64,000 bases of DNA, taken from NCBI RefSeq assembly GCF_009914755.1, contig NC_060934.1; one strand, given 5' to 3'. Below are positions 41,601 through 54,460 of this stretch, one piece after another; position 1 is the first letter of the stretch, and each line of letters starts with the position of its first letter. A program made the position numbers and the translations under genes. The DNA is from the human T2T-CHM13v2.0 reference genome, Homo sapiens. The notes under the pieces were generated by a model. The model worked only from the letters and a program-made list of their open reading frames with translations. It had not been told where the DNA came from and searched no databases.

Positions 41601-43397
41601 GATTTCTTCATATAATGCTAGACAGAAGAATTCTCAGTCACTTCTTTGTGTTGTGTGTATTCAAGTCACAGAGTTGAACCTTCCTTTAGACAGAGCAGTT
41701 TTGAAAAATTCTTTCTGTGGAGTTTGCAAGTGGAGATTTCAAGCGATTTGAGGCTAATCTTTGAAATGGAAATATCTTCGTGTAAAAACTACACAGAATC
41801 ATTCTCAGAAACTGCTTTGTCATCTGTGCGTTCAGTTCACAGAGTTTCACCTTTCTCTTCATAGAGCAGTTTGGAAAGACTCTGTCTGTAAAGTCTGCAA
41901 GTGATTAGTTAGACCCCTTTGAGGCCTTCGTTGGAAGCGGGATTTCTCATTTACTGCTAGACAGAAGAATTCTCAGTAAATCCTTTGTGTTGTGTGTATT
42001 CAACTCACAGAGTGGAACCTTCCTTTATTCAGAGCAGTTTTGAAAAACACTTTTTGTGGAATTTGCAAGTGGAGATTTCAAGCGATTTGACGCCAATCTT
42101 AGACATGGAAATATCTTCATATTAAAAGTACACAGAGTCATTCGTAGAAACTAGTTTGTGATGTGTGCCTTCAACTCACAGAGTTTAACCTTTCTTTTCA
42201 TAGACCAGTTTGGAAACACTCTATTTGTAAAGTCTGCAAGTGGATATTTGGACCTCTTTGAGGCCTTCGTTGGAAACGGGATTTCTTCATACAACGCTAG
42301 ACAGAAGAATTCTCAGTAACTTCTTTGTGTTGTGTGTATTCAACTCACAGAGTTGAACCTTTCTTTAGAGAGAGCAGAGTTGAAACACTCTGTTTTTGGA
42401 ATTTGCAACTGCAGATTTCAAGCGATTCTAGGCCTATGGCAGAAAAGGAAATATCTTCGTATAAAAACTACACAGAATCATTCTCAACAACTACTTTGTG
42501 ATGTGTGCGTTCAACTCACAGAGTTTAACCTTTCTTTTCATAGAGCAGTTTGGAAACACTCTGTTTGTAAAGCCTGCAAGTGCTTTTTTGGACTTCATTG
42601 AGGCCTTCGTTGGAAACGGGATTTCTTCATATAATGCTAGACAGAAGAATTCTCAGTCACTTCTTTGTGTTGTGTGTATTCAAGTCACAGAGTTGAACCT
42701 TCCTTTAGACAGAGCAGTTTTGAAAAATTCTTTCTGTGGAGTTTGCAAGTGGAGATTTCAAGCGATTTGAGGCTAATCTTTGAAATGGAAATATCTTCGT
42801 GTAAAAACTACACAGAATCATTCTCAGAAACTGCTTTGTCATCTGTGCGTTCAGTTCACAGAGTTTCACCTTTCTCTTCATAGAGCAGTTTGGAAAGACT
42901 CTGTCTGTAAAGTCTGCAAGTGATTAGTTAGACCCCTTTGAGGCCTTCGTTGGAAGCGGGTTTTCTCATTTACTGCTAGACAGAAGAATTCTCAGTAAAT
43001 CCTTTGTGTTGTGTGTATTCAACTCACAGAGTGGAACCTTCCTTTATTCAGAGCAGTTTTGAAACACTCTTTTTGTGGAATTTGCAAGTGGAGATTTCAA
43101 GCGATTTGACGCCAATCTTAGACATGGAAATATCTTCATATTAAAAGTACACAGAGTCATTCGTAGAAACTAGTTTGTGATGTGTGCCTTCAACTCACAG
43201 AGTTTAACCTTTCTTTTCATAGAGCAGTTGGGAAACACTCTATTTGTAAAGTCTGCAAGTGGATATTTGGACCTCTTTGAGGCCTTCGTTGGAAACGGGA
43301 TTTCTTCATATAACGCTAGACAGAAGAATTCTCAGTAACTTCTTTGTGTTGTGTGTATTCAACTCACAGAGTTGAACCTTTCTTTAGAGGGAGCAGA

Positions 43398-46300
43398 GGT
43401 GAAACACTCTTTTTGTGGAATTTGCTAGTGTAGATTTCAAACGCTTCGAAGACAGTGATAGAAAAGGATATATCTTCGTATTAAAAGTAGACAAAATCAT
43501 TCTCAGAAAACTCTTTGTGATGTGTGTGTTCAACTCACAGAGTTTAACCTTTCTTTAATCGAGCAGTTTGGAAATACACTCTTTGTAAGTCTGCAGGTGG
43601 ATATTTGGCCCTCTTTGAGCCCTTCGTTGGAAACGGGATTTCCTCATATAATGCTAGACAGAAGAATTCTCAGTAACTTCTTTGTGTTGTTTGTATTCAA
43701 CACACAGATTTGAACCTTCCTTTAGAGAGAGCAGATTTGAAACACTCTGTTTTTGGAATTTGCAAGTGCAGATTTCAAGCGCTTCTAGGCCTATGGCAGA
43801 AAAGGAAATATCTTCGTATAAAAACTACACAGAATCATTCTCAACAACTACTTTGTGATGTGTGCGTTCAACTCACAGAGTTTAACCTTTCTTTTCATAG
43901 AGCAGTTTGGAAACACTCTGTTTGTAAAGCCTGCAAGTGCTTTTTTGCACTTCATTGAGGCCTTCGTTGGAAACGGGATTTCTTCATATAATGCTAGACA
44001 GAAGAATTCTCAGTCACTTCTTTGTGTTGTGTGTATTCAAGTCACAGAGTTGAACCTTCCTTTAGACAGAGCAGTTTTGAAAAATTCTTTCTGTGGAGTT
44101 TGCAAGTGGAGATTTCAAGCGATTTGAGGCTAATCTTTGAAATGGAAATATCTTCGTGTAAAAACTACACAGAATCATTCTCAGAAACTGCTTTGTCATC
44201 TGTGCGTTCAGTTCACAGAGTTTCACCTTTCTCTTCATAGAGCAGTTTGGAAAGACTCTGTCTGTAAAGTCTGCAAGTGATTAGTTAGACCCCTTTGAGG
44301 CCTTCGTTGGAAGCGGGATTTCTCATTTACTGCTAGACAGAAGAATTCTCAGTAAATCCTTTGTGTTGTGTGTATTCAACTCACAGAGTGGAACCTTCCT
44401 TTATTCAGAGCAGTTTTGAAAAACACTTTTTGTGGAATTTGCAAGTGGAGATTTCAAGCGATTTGACGCCAATCTTAGACATGGAAATATCTTCATATTA
44501 AAAGTACACAGAGTCATTCGTAGAAACTAGTTTGTGATGTGTGCCTTCAACTCACAGAGTTTAACCTTTCTTTTCATAGAGCAGTTTGGAAACACTCTAT
44601 TTGTAAAGTCTGCAAGTGGATATTTGGACCTCTTTGAGGCCTTCGTTGGAAACGGGATTTCTTCATACAACGCTAGACAGAAGAATTCTCAGTAACTTCT
44701 TTGTGTTGTGTGTATTCAACTCACAGAGTTGAACCTTTCTTTAGAGAGAGCAGAGTTGAAACACTCTGTTTTTGGAATTTGCAATTGCAGATTTCAAGCG
44801 ATTCTAGGCCTATGGCAGAAAAGGAAATATCTTCGTACAAAAACTACACAGAATCATTCTCAACAACTACTTTGTGATGTGTGCGTTCAACTCACAGAGT
44901 TTAACCTTTCTTTTCATAGAGCAGTTTGGAAACACTCTGTTTGTAAAGCCTGCAAGTGCTTTTTTGGACTTCATTGAGGCCTTCGTTGGAAACGGGATTT
45001 CTTCATGTAATGCTAGACAGAAGAATTCTCAGTCACTTCTTTGTGTTGTGTGTATTCAAGTCACAGAGTTGAACCTTCCTTTAGACAGAGCAGTTTTGAA
45101 AAATTCTTTCTGTGTAATTTGCAAGTGGAGATTTCAAGCGATTTGAGGCTAATCTTTGAAATGGAAATATCTTCGTGTAAAAACTACACAGAATCATTCT
45201 CAGAAACTGCTTTGTCATCTGTGCGTTCAGATCACAGAGTTTCACCTTTCTCTTCATAGAGCAGTTTGGAAAGACTCTGTCTGTAAAGTCTGCAAGTGAT
45301 TAGTTAGACCCCTTTGAGGCCTTCGTTGGAAGCGGGATTTCTCATTTACTGCTAGACAGAAGAATTCTCAGTAAATCCTTTGTGTTGTGTGTATTCAACT
45401 CACAGAGTGGAACCCTCCTTTATTCAGAGCAGTTTTGAAAAACACTTTTTGTGGAATTTGCAAGTGGAGATTTCAAGCGATTTGACGCCAATCTTAGACA
45501 TGGAAATATCTTCATATTAAAAGTACACAGAGTCATTCGTAGAAACTAGTTTGTGATGTGTGCCTTCAACTCACAGAGTTTAACCTTTCTTTTCATAGAC
45601 CAGTTTGGAAACACTCTATTTGTAAAGTCTGCAAGTGGATATTTGGACCTCTTTGAGGCCTTCGTTGGAAACGGGATTTCTTCATACAACGCTAGACAGA
45701 AGAATTCTCAGTAACTTCTTTGTGTTGTGTGTATTCAACTCACAGAGTTGAACCTTTCTTTAGAGAGAGCAGAGTTGAAACACTCTGTTTTTGGAATTTG
45801 CAACTGCAGATTTCAAGCGATTCTAGGCCTATGGCAGAAAAGGAAATATCTTCGTATAAAAACTACACAGAATCATTCTCAACAACTACTTTGTGATGTG
45901 TGCGTTCAACTCACAGAGTTTAACCTTTCTTTTCATAGAGCAGTTTGGAAACACTCTGTTTGTAAAGCCTGCAAGTGCTTTTTTGGACTTCATTGAGGCC
46001 TTCGTTGGAAACGGGATTTCTTCATATAATGCTAGACAGAAGAATTCTCAGTCACTTCTTTGTGTTGTGTGTATTCAAGTCACAGAGTTGAACCTTCCTT
46101 TAGACAGAGCAGTTTTGAAAAATTCTTTCTGTGGAGTTTGCAAGTGGAGATTTCAAGTGATTTGAGGCTAATCTTTGAAATGGAAATATCTTCGTGTAAA
46201 AACTACACAGAATCATTCTCAGAAACTGCTTTGTCATCTGTGCGTTCAGTTCACAGAGTTTCACCTTTCTCTTCATAGAGCAGTTTGGAAAGACTCTGTC

Positions 46301-49300
46301 TGTAAAGTCTGCAAGTGATTAGTTAGACCCCTTTGAGGCCTTCGTTGGAAGCGGGATTTCTCATTTACTGCTAGACAGAAGAATTCTCAGTAAATCCTTT
46401 GTGTTGTGTGTATTCAACTCACAGAGTGGAACCTTCCTTTATTCAGAGCAGTTTTGAAACACTCTTTTTGTGGAATTTGCAAGTGGAGATTTCAAGCGAT
46501 TTGACGCCAATCTTAGACATGGAAATATCTTCATATTAAAAGTACACAGAGTCATTCGTAGAAACTAGTTTGTGATGTGTGCCTTCAACTCACAGAGTTT
46601 AACCTTTCTTTTCATAGAGCAGTTGGGAAACACTCTATTTGTAAAGTCTGCAAGTGGATATTTGGACCTCTTTGAGGCCTTCGTTGGAAACGGGATTTCT
46701 TCATATAACGCTAGACAGAAGAATTCTCAGTAACTTCTTTGTGTTGTGTGTATTCAACTCACAGAGTTGAACCTTTCTTTAGAGGGAGCAGTGGTGAAAC
46801 ACTCTTTTTGTGGAATTTGCTAGTGTAGATTTCAAACGCTTCGAAGACAGTGATAGAAAAGGATATATCTTCGTATTAAAAGTAGACAAAATCATTCTCA
46901 GAAAACTCTTTGTGATGTGTGTGTTCAACTCACAGAGTTTAACCTTTCTTTAATCGAGCAGTTTGGAAATACACTCTTTGTAAGTCTGCAGGTGGATATT
47001 TGGCCCTCTTTGAGCCCTTCGTTGGAAACGGGATTTCCTCATATAATGCTAGACAGAAGAATTCTCAGTAACTTCTTTGTGTTGTTTGTATTCAACACAC
47101 AGATTTGAACCTTCCTTTAGAGAGAGCAGATTTGAAACACTCTGTTTTTGGAATTTGCAAGTGCAGATTTCAAGCGCTTCTAGGCCTATGGCAGAAAAGG
47201 AAATATCTTCGTATAAAAACTACACAGAATCATTCTCAACAACTACTTTGTGATGTGTGCGTTCAACTCACAGAGTTTAACCTTTCTTTTCATAGAGCAG
47301 TTTGGAAACACTCTGTTTGTAAAGCCTGCAAGTGCTTTTTTGGACTTCATTGAGGCCTTCGTTGGAAACGGGATTTCTTCATATAATGCTAGACAGAAGA
47401 ATTCTCAGTCACTTCTTTGTGTTGTGTGTATTCAAGTCACAGAGTTGAACCTTCCTTTAGACAGAGCAGTTTTGAAAAATTCTTTCTGTGGAGTTTGCAA
47501 GTGGAGATTTCAAGCGATTTGAGGCTAATCTTTGAAATGGAAATATCTTCGTGTAAAAACTACACAGAATCATTCTCAGAAACTGCTTTGTCATCTGTGC
47601 GTTCAGTTCACAGAGTTTCACCTTTCTCTTCATAGAGCAGTTTGGAAAGACTCTGTCTGTAAAGTCTGCAAGTGATTAGTTAGACCCCTTTGAGGCCTTC
47701 GTTGGAAGCGGGATTTCTCATTTACTGCTAGACAGAAGAATTCTCAGTAAATCCTTTGTGTTGTGTGTATTCAACTCACAGAGTGGAACCTTCCTTTATT
47801 CAGAGCAGTTTTGAAAAACACTTTTTGTGGAATTTGCAAGTGGAGATTTCAAGCGATTTGACGCCAATCTTAGACATGGAAATATCTTCATATTAAAAGT
47901 ACACAGAGTCATTCGTAGAAACTAGTTTGTGATGTGTGCCTTCAACTCACAGAGTTTAACCTTTCTTTTCATAGAGCAGTTTGGAAACACTCTATTTGTA
48001 AAGTCTGCAAGTGGATATTTGGACCCCTTTGAGGCCTTCGTTGGAAACGGGATTTCTTCATACAACGCTAGACAGAAGAATTCTCAGTAACTTCTTTGTG
48101 TTGTGTGTATTCAACTCACAGAGTTGAACCTTTCTTTAGAGAGAGCAGAGTTGAAACACTCTGTTTTTGGAATTTGCAACTGCAGATTTCAAGCGATTCT
48201 AGGCCTATGGCAGAAAAGGAAATATCTTCGTATAAAAACTACACAGAATCATTCTCAACAACTACTTTGTGATGTGTGCGTTCAACTCACAGAGTTTAAC
48301 CTTTCTTTTCATAGAGCAGTTTGGAAACACTCTGTTTGTAAAGCCTGCAAGTGCTTTTTTGGACTTCATTGAGGCCTTCGTTGGAAACGGGATTTCTTCA
48401 TGTAATGCTAGACAGAAGAATTCTCAGTCACTTCTTTGTGTTGTGTGTATTCAAGTCACAGAGTTGAACCTTCCTTTAGACAGAGCAGTTTTGAAAAATT
48501 CTTTCTGTGTAATTTGCAAGTGGAGATTTCAAGCGATTTGAGGCTAATCTTTGAAATGGAAATATCTTCGTGTAAAAACTACACAGAATCATTCTCAGAA
48601 ACTGCTTTGTCATCTGTGCGTTCAGATCACAGAGTTTCACCTTTCTCTTCATAGAGCAGTTTGGAAAGACTCTGTCTGTAAAGTCTGCAAGTGATTAGTT
48701 AGACCCCTTTGAGGCCTTCGTTGGAAGCGGGATTTCTCATTTACTGCTAGACAGAAGAATTCTCAGTAAATCCTTTGTGTTGTGTGTATTCAACTCACAG
48801 AGTGGAACCTTCCTTTATTCAGAGCAGTTTTGAAAAACACTTTTTGTGGAATTTGCAAGTGGAGATTTCAAGCGATTTGACGCCAATCTTAGACATGGAA
48901 ATATCTTCATATTAAAAGTACACAGAGTCATTCGTAGAAACTAGTTTGTGATGTGTGCCTTCAACTCACAGAGTTTAACCTTTCTTTTCATAGACCAGTT
49001 TGGAAACACTCTATTTGTAAAGTCTGCAAGTGGATATTTGGACCTCTTTGAGGCCTTCGTTGGAAACGGGATTTCTTCATACAACGCTAGACAGAAGAAT
49101 TCTCAGTAACTTCTTTGTGTTGTGTGTATTCAACTCACAGAGTTGAACCTTTCTTTAGAGAGAGCAGAGTTGAAACACTCTGTTTTTGGAATTTGCAACT
49201 GCAGATTTCAAGCGATTCTAGGCCTATGGCAGAAAAGGAAATATCTTCGTATAAAAACTACACAGAATCATTCTCAACAACTACTTTGTGATGTGTGCGT

Positions 49301-52300
49301 TCAACTCACAGAGTTTAACCTTTCTTTTCATAGAGCAGTTTGGAAACACTCTGTTTGTAAAGCCTGCAAGTGCTTTTTTGGACTTCATTGAGGCCTTCGT
49401 TGGAAACGGGATTTCTTCATATAATGCTAGACAGAAGAATTCTCAGTCACTTCTTTGTGTTGTGTGTATTCAAGTCACAGAGTTGAACCTTCCTTTAGAC
49501 AGAGCAGTTTTGAAAAATTCTTTCTGTGGAGTTTGCAAGTGGAGATTTCAAGTGATTTGAGGCTAATCTTTGAAATGGAAATATCTTCGTGTAAAAACTA
49601 CACAGAATCATTCTCAGAAACTGCTTTGTCATCTGTGCGTTCAGTTCACAGAGTTTCACCTTTCTCTTCATAGAGCAGTTTGGAAAGACTCTGTCTGTAA
49701 AGTCTGCAAGTGATTAGTTAGACCCCTTTGAGGCCTTCGTTGGAAGCGGGATTTCTCATTTACTGCTAGACAGAAGAATTCTCAGTAAATCCTTTGTGTT
49801 GTGTGTATTCAACTCACAGAGTGGAACCTTCCTTTATTCAGAGCAGTTTTGAAAAACACTTTTTGTGGAATTTGCAAGTGGAGATTTCAAGCGATTTGAC
49901 GCCAATCTTAGACATGGAAATATCTTCATATTAAAAGTACACAGAGTCATTCGTAGAAACTGGTTTGTGATGTGTGCCTTCAACTCACAGAGTTTAACCT
50001 TTCTTTTCATAGAGCAGTTTGGAAACACTCTATTTGTAAAGTCTGCAAGTGGATATTTGGACCTCTTTGAGGCCTTCGTTGGAAACGGGATTTCTTCATA
50101 CAACGCTAGACAGAAGAATTCTCAGTAACTTCTTTGTGTTGTGTGTATTCAACTCACAGAGTTGAACCTTTCTTTAGAGAGAGCAGAGTTGAAACACTCT
50201 GTTTTTGGAATTTGCAACTGCAGATTTCAAGCGCTTCTAGGCCTATGGCAGAAAAGGAAATATCTTCGTATAAAAACTACACAGAATCATTCTCAACAAC
50301 TACTTTGTGATGTGTGCGTTCAACTCACAGAGTTTAACCTTTCTTTTCATAGAGCAGTTTGGAAACACTCTGTTTGTAAAGCCTGCAAGTGCTTTTTTGG
50401 ACTTCATTGAGGCCTTCGTTGGAAACGGGATTTCTTCATGTAATGCTAGACAGAAGAATTCTCAGTCACTTCTTTGTGTTGTGTGTATTCAAGTCACAGA
50501 GTTGAACCTTCCTTTAGACAGAGCAGTTTTGAAAAATTCTTTCTGTGGAGTTTGCAAGTGGAGATTTCAAGCGATTTGAGGCTAATCTTTGAAATGGAAA
50601 TATCTTCGTGTAAAAACTACACAGAATCATTCTCAGAAACTGCTTTGTCATCTGTGCGTTCAGTTCACAGAGTTTCACCTTTCTCTTCATAGAGCAGTTT
50701 GGAAAGACTCTGTCTGTAAAGTCTGCAAGTGATTAGTTAGACCCCTTTGAGGCCTTCGTTGGAAGCGGGATTTCTCATTTACTGCTAGACAGAAGAATTC
50801 TCAGTAAATCCTTTGTGTTGTGTGTATTCAACTCACAGAGTGGAACCTTCCTTTATTCAGAGCAGTTTTGAAACACTCTTTTTGTGGAATTTGCAAGTGG
50901 AGATTTCAAGCGATTTGACGCCAATCTTAGACATGGAAATATCTTCATATTAAAAGTACACAGAGTCATTCGTAGAAACTAGTTTGTGATGTGTGCCTTC
51001 AACTCACAGAGTTTAACCTTTCTTTTCATAGAGCAGTTGGGAAACACTCTATTTGTAAAGTCTGCAAGTGGATATTTGGACCTCTTTGAGGCCTTCGTTG
51101 GAAACGGGATTTCTTCATATAACGCTAGACAGAAGAATTCTCAGTAACTTCTTTGTGTTGTGTGTATTCAACTCACAGAGTTGAACCTTTCTTTAGAGGG
51201 AGCAGAGGTGAAACACTCTTTTTGTGGAATTTGCTAGTGTAGATTTCAAACGCTTCGAAGACAGTGATAGAAAAGGATATATCTTCGTATTAAAAGTAGA
51301 CAAAATCATTCTCAGAAAACTCTTTGTGATGTGTGTGTTCAACTCACAGAGTTTAACCTTTCTTTAATCGAGCAGTTTGGAAATACACTCTTTGTAAGTC
51401 TGCAGGTGGATATTTGGCCCTCTTTGAGCCCTTCGTTGGAAACGGGATTTCCTCATATAATGCTAGACAGAAGAATTCTCAGTAACTTCTTTGTGTTGTT
51501 TGTATTCAACACACAGATTTGAACCTTCCTTTAGAGAGAGCAGATTTGAAACACTCTGTTTTTGGAATTTGCAAGTGCAGATTTCAAGCGCTTCTAGGCC
51601 TATGGCAGAAAAGGAAATATCTTCGTATAAAAACTACACAGAATCATTCTCAACAACTACTTTGTGATGTGTGCGTTCAACTCACAGAGTTTAACCTTTC
51701 TTTTCATAGAGCAGTTTGGAAACACTCTGTTTGTAAAGCCTGCAAGTGCTTTTTTGGACTTCATTGAGGCCTTCGTTGGAAACGGGATTTCTTCATATAA
51801 TGCTAGACAGAAGAATTCTCAGTCACTTCTTTGTGTTGTGTGTATTCAAGTCACAGAGTTGAACCTTCCTTTAGACAGAGCAGTTTTGAAAAATTCTTTC
51901 TGTGGAGTTTGCAAGTGGAGATTTCAAGCGATTTGAGGCTAATCTTTGAAATGGAAATATCTTCGTGTAAAAACTACACAGAATCATTCTCAGAAACTGC
52001 TTTGTCATCTGTGCGTTCAGTTCACAGAGTTTCACCTTTCTCTTCATAGAGCAGTTTGGAAAGACTCTGTCTGTAAAGTCTGCAAGTGATTAGTTAGACC
52101 CCTTTGAGGCCTTCGTTGGAAGCGGGATTTCTCATTTACTGCTAGACAGAAGAATTCTCAGTAAATCCTTTGTGTTGTGTGTATTCAACTCACAGAGTGG
52201 AACCTTCCTTTATTCAGAGCAGTTTTGAAACACTCTTTTTGTGGAATTTGCAAGTGGAGATTTCAAGCGATTTGACGCCAATCTTAGACATGGAAATATC

Positions 52301-54460
52301 TTCATATTAAAAGTACACAGAGTCATTCGTAGAAACTAGTTTGTGATGTGTGCCTTCAACTCACAGAGTTTAACCTTTCTTTTCATAGAGCAGTTGGGAA
52401 ACACTCTATTTGTAAAGTCTGCAAGTGGATATTTGGACCTCTTTGAGGCCTTCGTTGGAAACGGGATTTCTTCATATAACGCTAGACAGAAGAATTCTCA
52501 GTAACTTCTTTGTGTTGTGTGTATTCAACTCACAGAGTTGAACCTTTCTTTAGAGGGAGCAGAGGTGAAACACTCTTTTTGTGGAATTTGCTAGTGTAGA
52601 TTTCAAACGCTTCGAAGACAGTGATAGAAAAGGATATATCTTCGTATTAAAAGTAGACAAAATCATTCTCAGAAAACTCTTTGTGATGTGTGTGTTCAAC
52701 TCACAGAGTTTAACCTTTCTTTAATCGAGCAGTTTGGAAATACACTCTTTGTAAGTCTGCAGGTGGATATTTGGCCCTCTTTGAGCCCTTCGTTGGAAAC
52801 GGGATTTCCTCATATAATGCTAGACAGAAGAATTCTCAGTAACTTCTTTGTGTTGTTTGTATTCAACACACAGATTTGAACCTTCCTTTAGAGAGAGCAG
52901 ATTTGAAACACTCTGTTTTTGGAATTTGCAAGTGCAGATTTCAAGCGCTTCTAGGCCTATGGCAGAAAAGGAAATATCTTCGTATAAAAACTACACAGAA
53001 TCATTCTCAACAACTACTTTGTGATGTGTGCGTTCAACTCACAGAGTTTAACCTTTCTTTTCATAGAGCAGTTTGGAAACACTCTGTTTGTAAAGCCTGC
53101 AAGTGCTTTTTTGGACTTCATTGAGGCCTTCGTTGGAAACGGGATTTCTTCATATAATGCTAGACAGAAGAATTCTCAGTCACTTCTTTGTGTTGTGTGT
53201 ATTCAAGTCACAGAGTTGAACCTTCCTTTAGACGGAGCAGTTTTGAAAAATTCTTTCTGTGGAGTTTGCAAGTGGAGATTTCAAGCGATTTGAGGCTAAT
53301 CTTTGAAATGGAAATATCTTCGTGTAAAAACTACACAGAATCATTCTCAGAAACTGCTTTGTCATCTGTGCGTTCAGTTCACAGAGTTTCACCTTTCTCT
53401 TCATAGAGCAGTTTGGAAAGACTCTGTCTGTAAAGTCTGCAAGTGATTAGTTAGACCCCTTTGAGGCCTTCGTTGGAAGCGGGATTTCTCATTTACTGCT
53501 AGACAGAAGAATTCTCAGTAAATCCTTTGTGTTGTGTGTATTCAACTCACAGAGTGGAACCTTCCTTTATTCAGAGCAGTTTTGAAACACTCTTTTTGTG
53601 GAATTTGCAAGTGGAGATTTCAAGCGATTTGACGCCAATCTTAGACATGGAAATATCTTCATATTAAAAGTACACAGAGTCATTCGTAGAAACTAGTTTG
53701 TGATGTGTGCCTTCAACTCACAGAGTTTAACCTTTCTTTTCATAGAGCAGTTGGGAAACACTCTATTTGTAAAGTCTGCAAGTGGATATTTGGACCTCTT
53801 TGAGGCCTTCGTTGGAAACGGGATTTCTTCATATAACGCTAGACAGAAGAATTCTCAGTAACTTCTTTGTGTTGTGTGTATTCAACTCACAGAGTTGAAC
53901 CTTTCTTTAGAGGGAGCAGAGGTGAAACACTCTTTTTGTGGAATTTGCTAGTGTAGATTTCAAACGCTTCGAAGACAGTGATAGAAAAGGATATATCTTC
54001 GTATTAAAAGTAGACAAAATCATTCTCAGAAAACTCTTTGTGATGTGTGTGTTCAACTCACAGAGTTTAACCTTTCTTTAATCGAGCAGTTTGGAAATAC
54101 ACTCTTTGTAAGTCTGCAGGTGGATATTTGGCCCTCTTTGAGCCCTTCGTTGGAAACGGGATTTCCTCATATAATGCTAGACAGAAGAATTCTCAGTAAC
54201 TTCTTTGTGTTGTTTGTATTCAACACACAGATTTGAACCTTCCTTTAGAGAGAGCAGATTTGAAACACTCTGTTTTTGGAATTTGCAAGTGCAGATTTCA
54301 AGCGCTTCTAGGCCTATGGCAGAAAAGGAAATATCTTCGTATAAAAACTACACAGAATCATTCTCAACAACTACTTTGTGATGTGTGCGTTCAACTCACA
54401 GAGTTTAACCTTTCTTTTCATAGAGCAGTTTGGAAACACTCTGTTTGTAAAGCCTGCAAG
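43398..54460 (+). repeat. Second copy of the ~11 kb HOR block at ~12.2-23.2 kb (offset 31226 bp)
   Basis: Same HOR order 8,6,6,8,6,6,6,8,8,8 and shared SNVs 13559/44785, 13612/44838, 14005/45231, 14189/45415, 15566/46792, 16800/48026, 19008/50234. Boundaries are approximate. Confidence 0.9.

Noticed and set aside
42945-42961. Possible second broken CENP-B box (…GCGGGT)
   Set aside because: The A>T is at position 17, outside the nine essential bases of nTTCGnnnnAnnCGGGn, so the box is probably still functional.
49834-50128. Unique pair of antiparallel ORFs (87 and 89 aa)
   Set aside because: Explained by a single A>G at 49962 in the palindrome ACTAGT, which removes the TAG stop on both strands at once. 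Not a gene.
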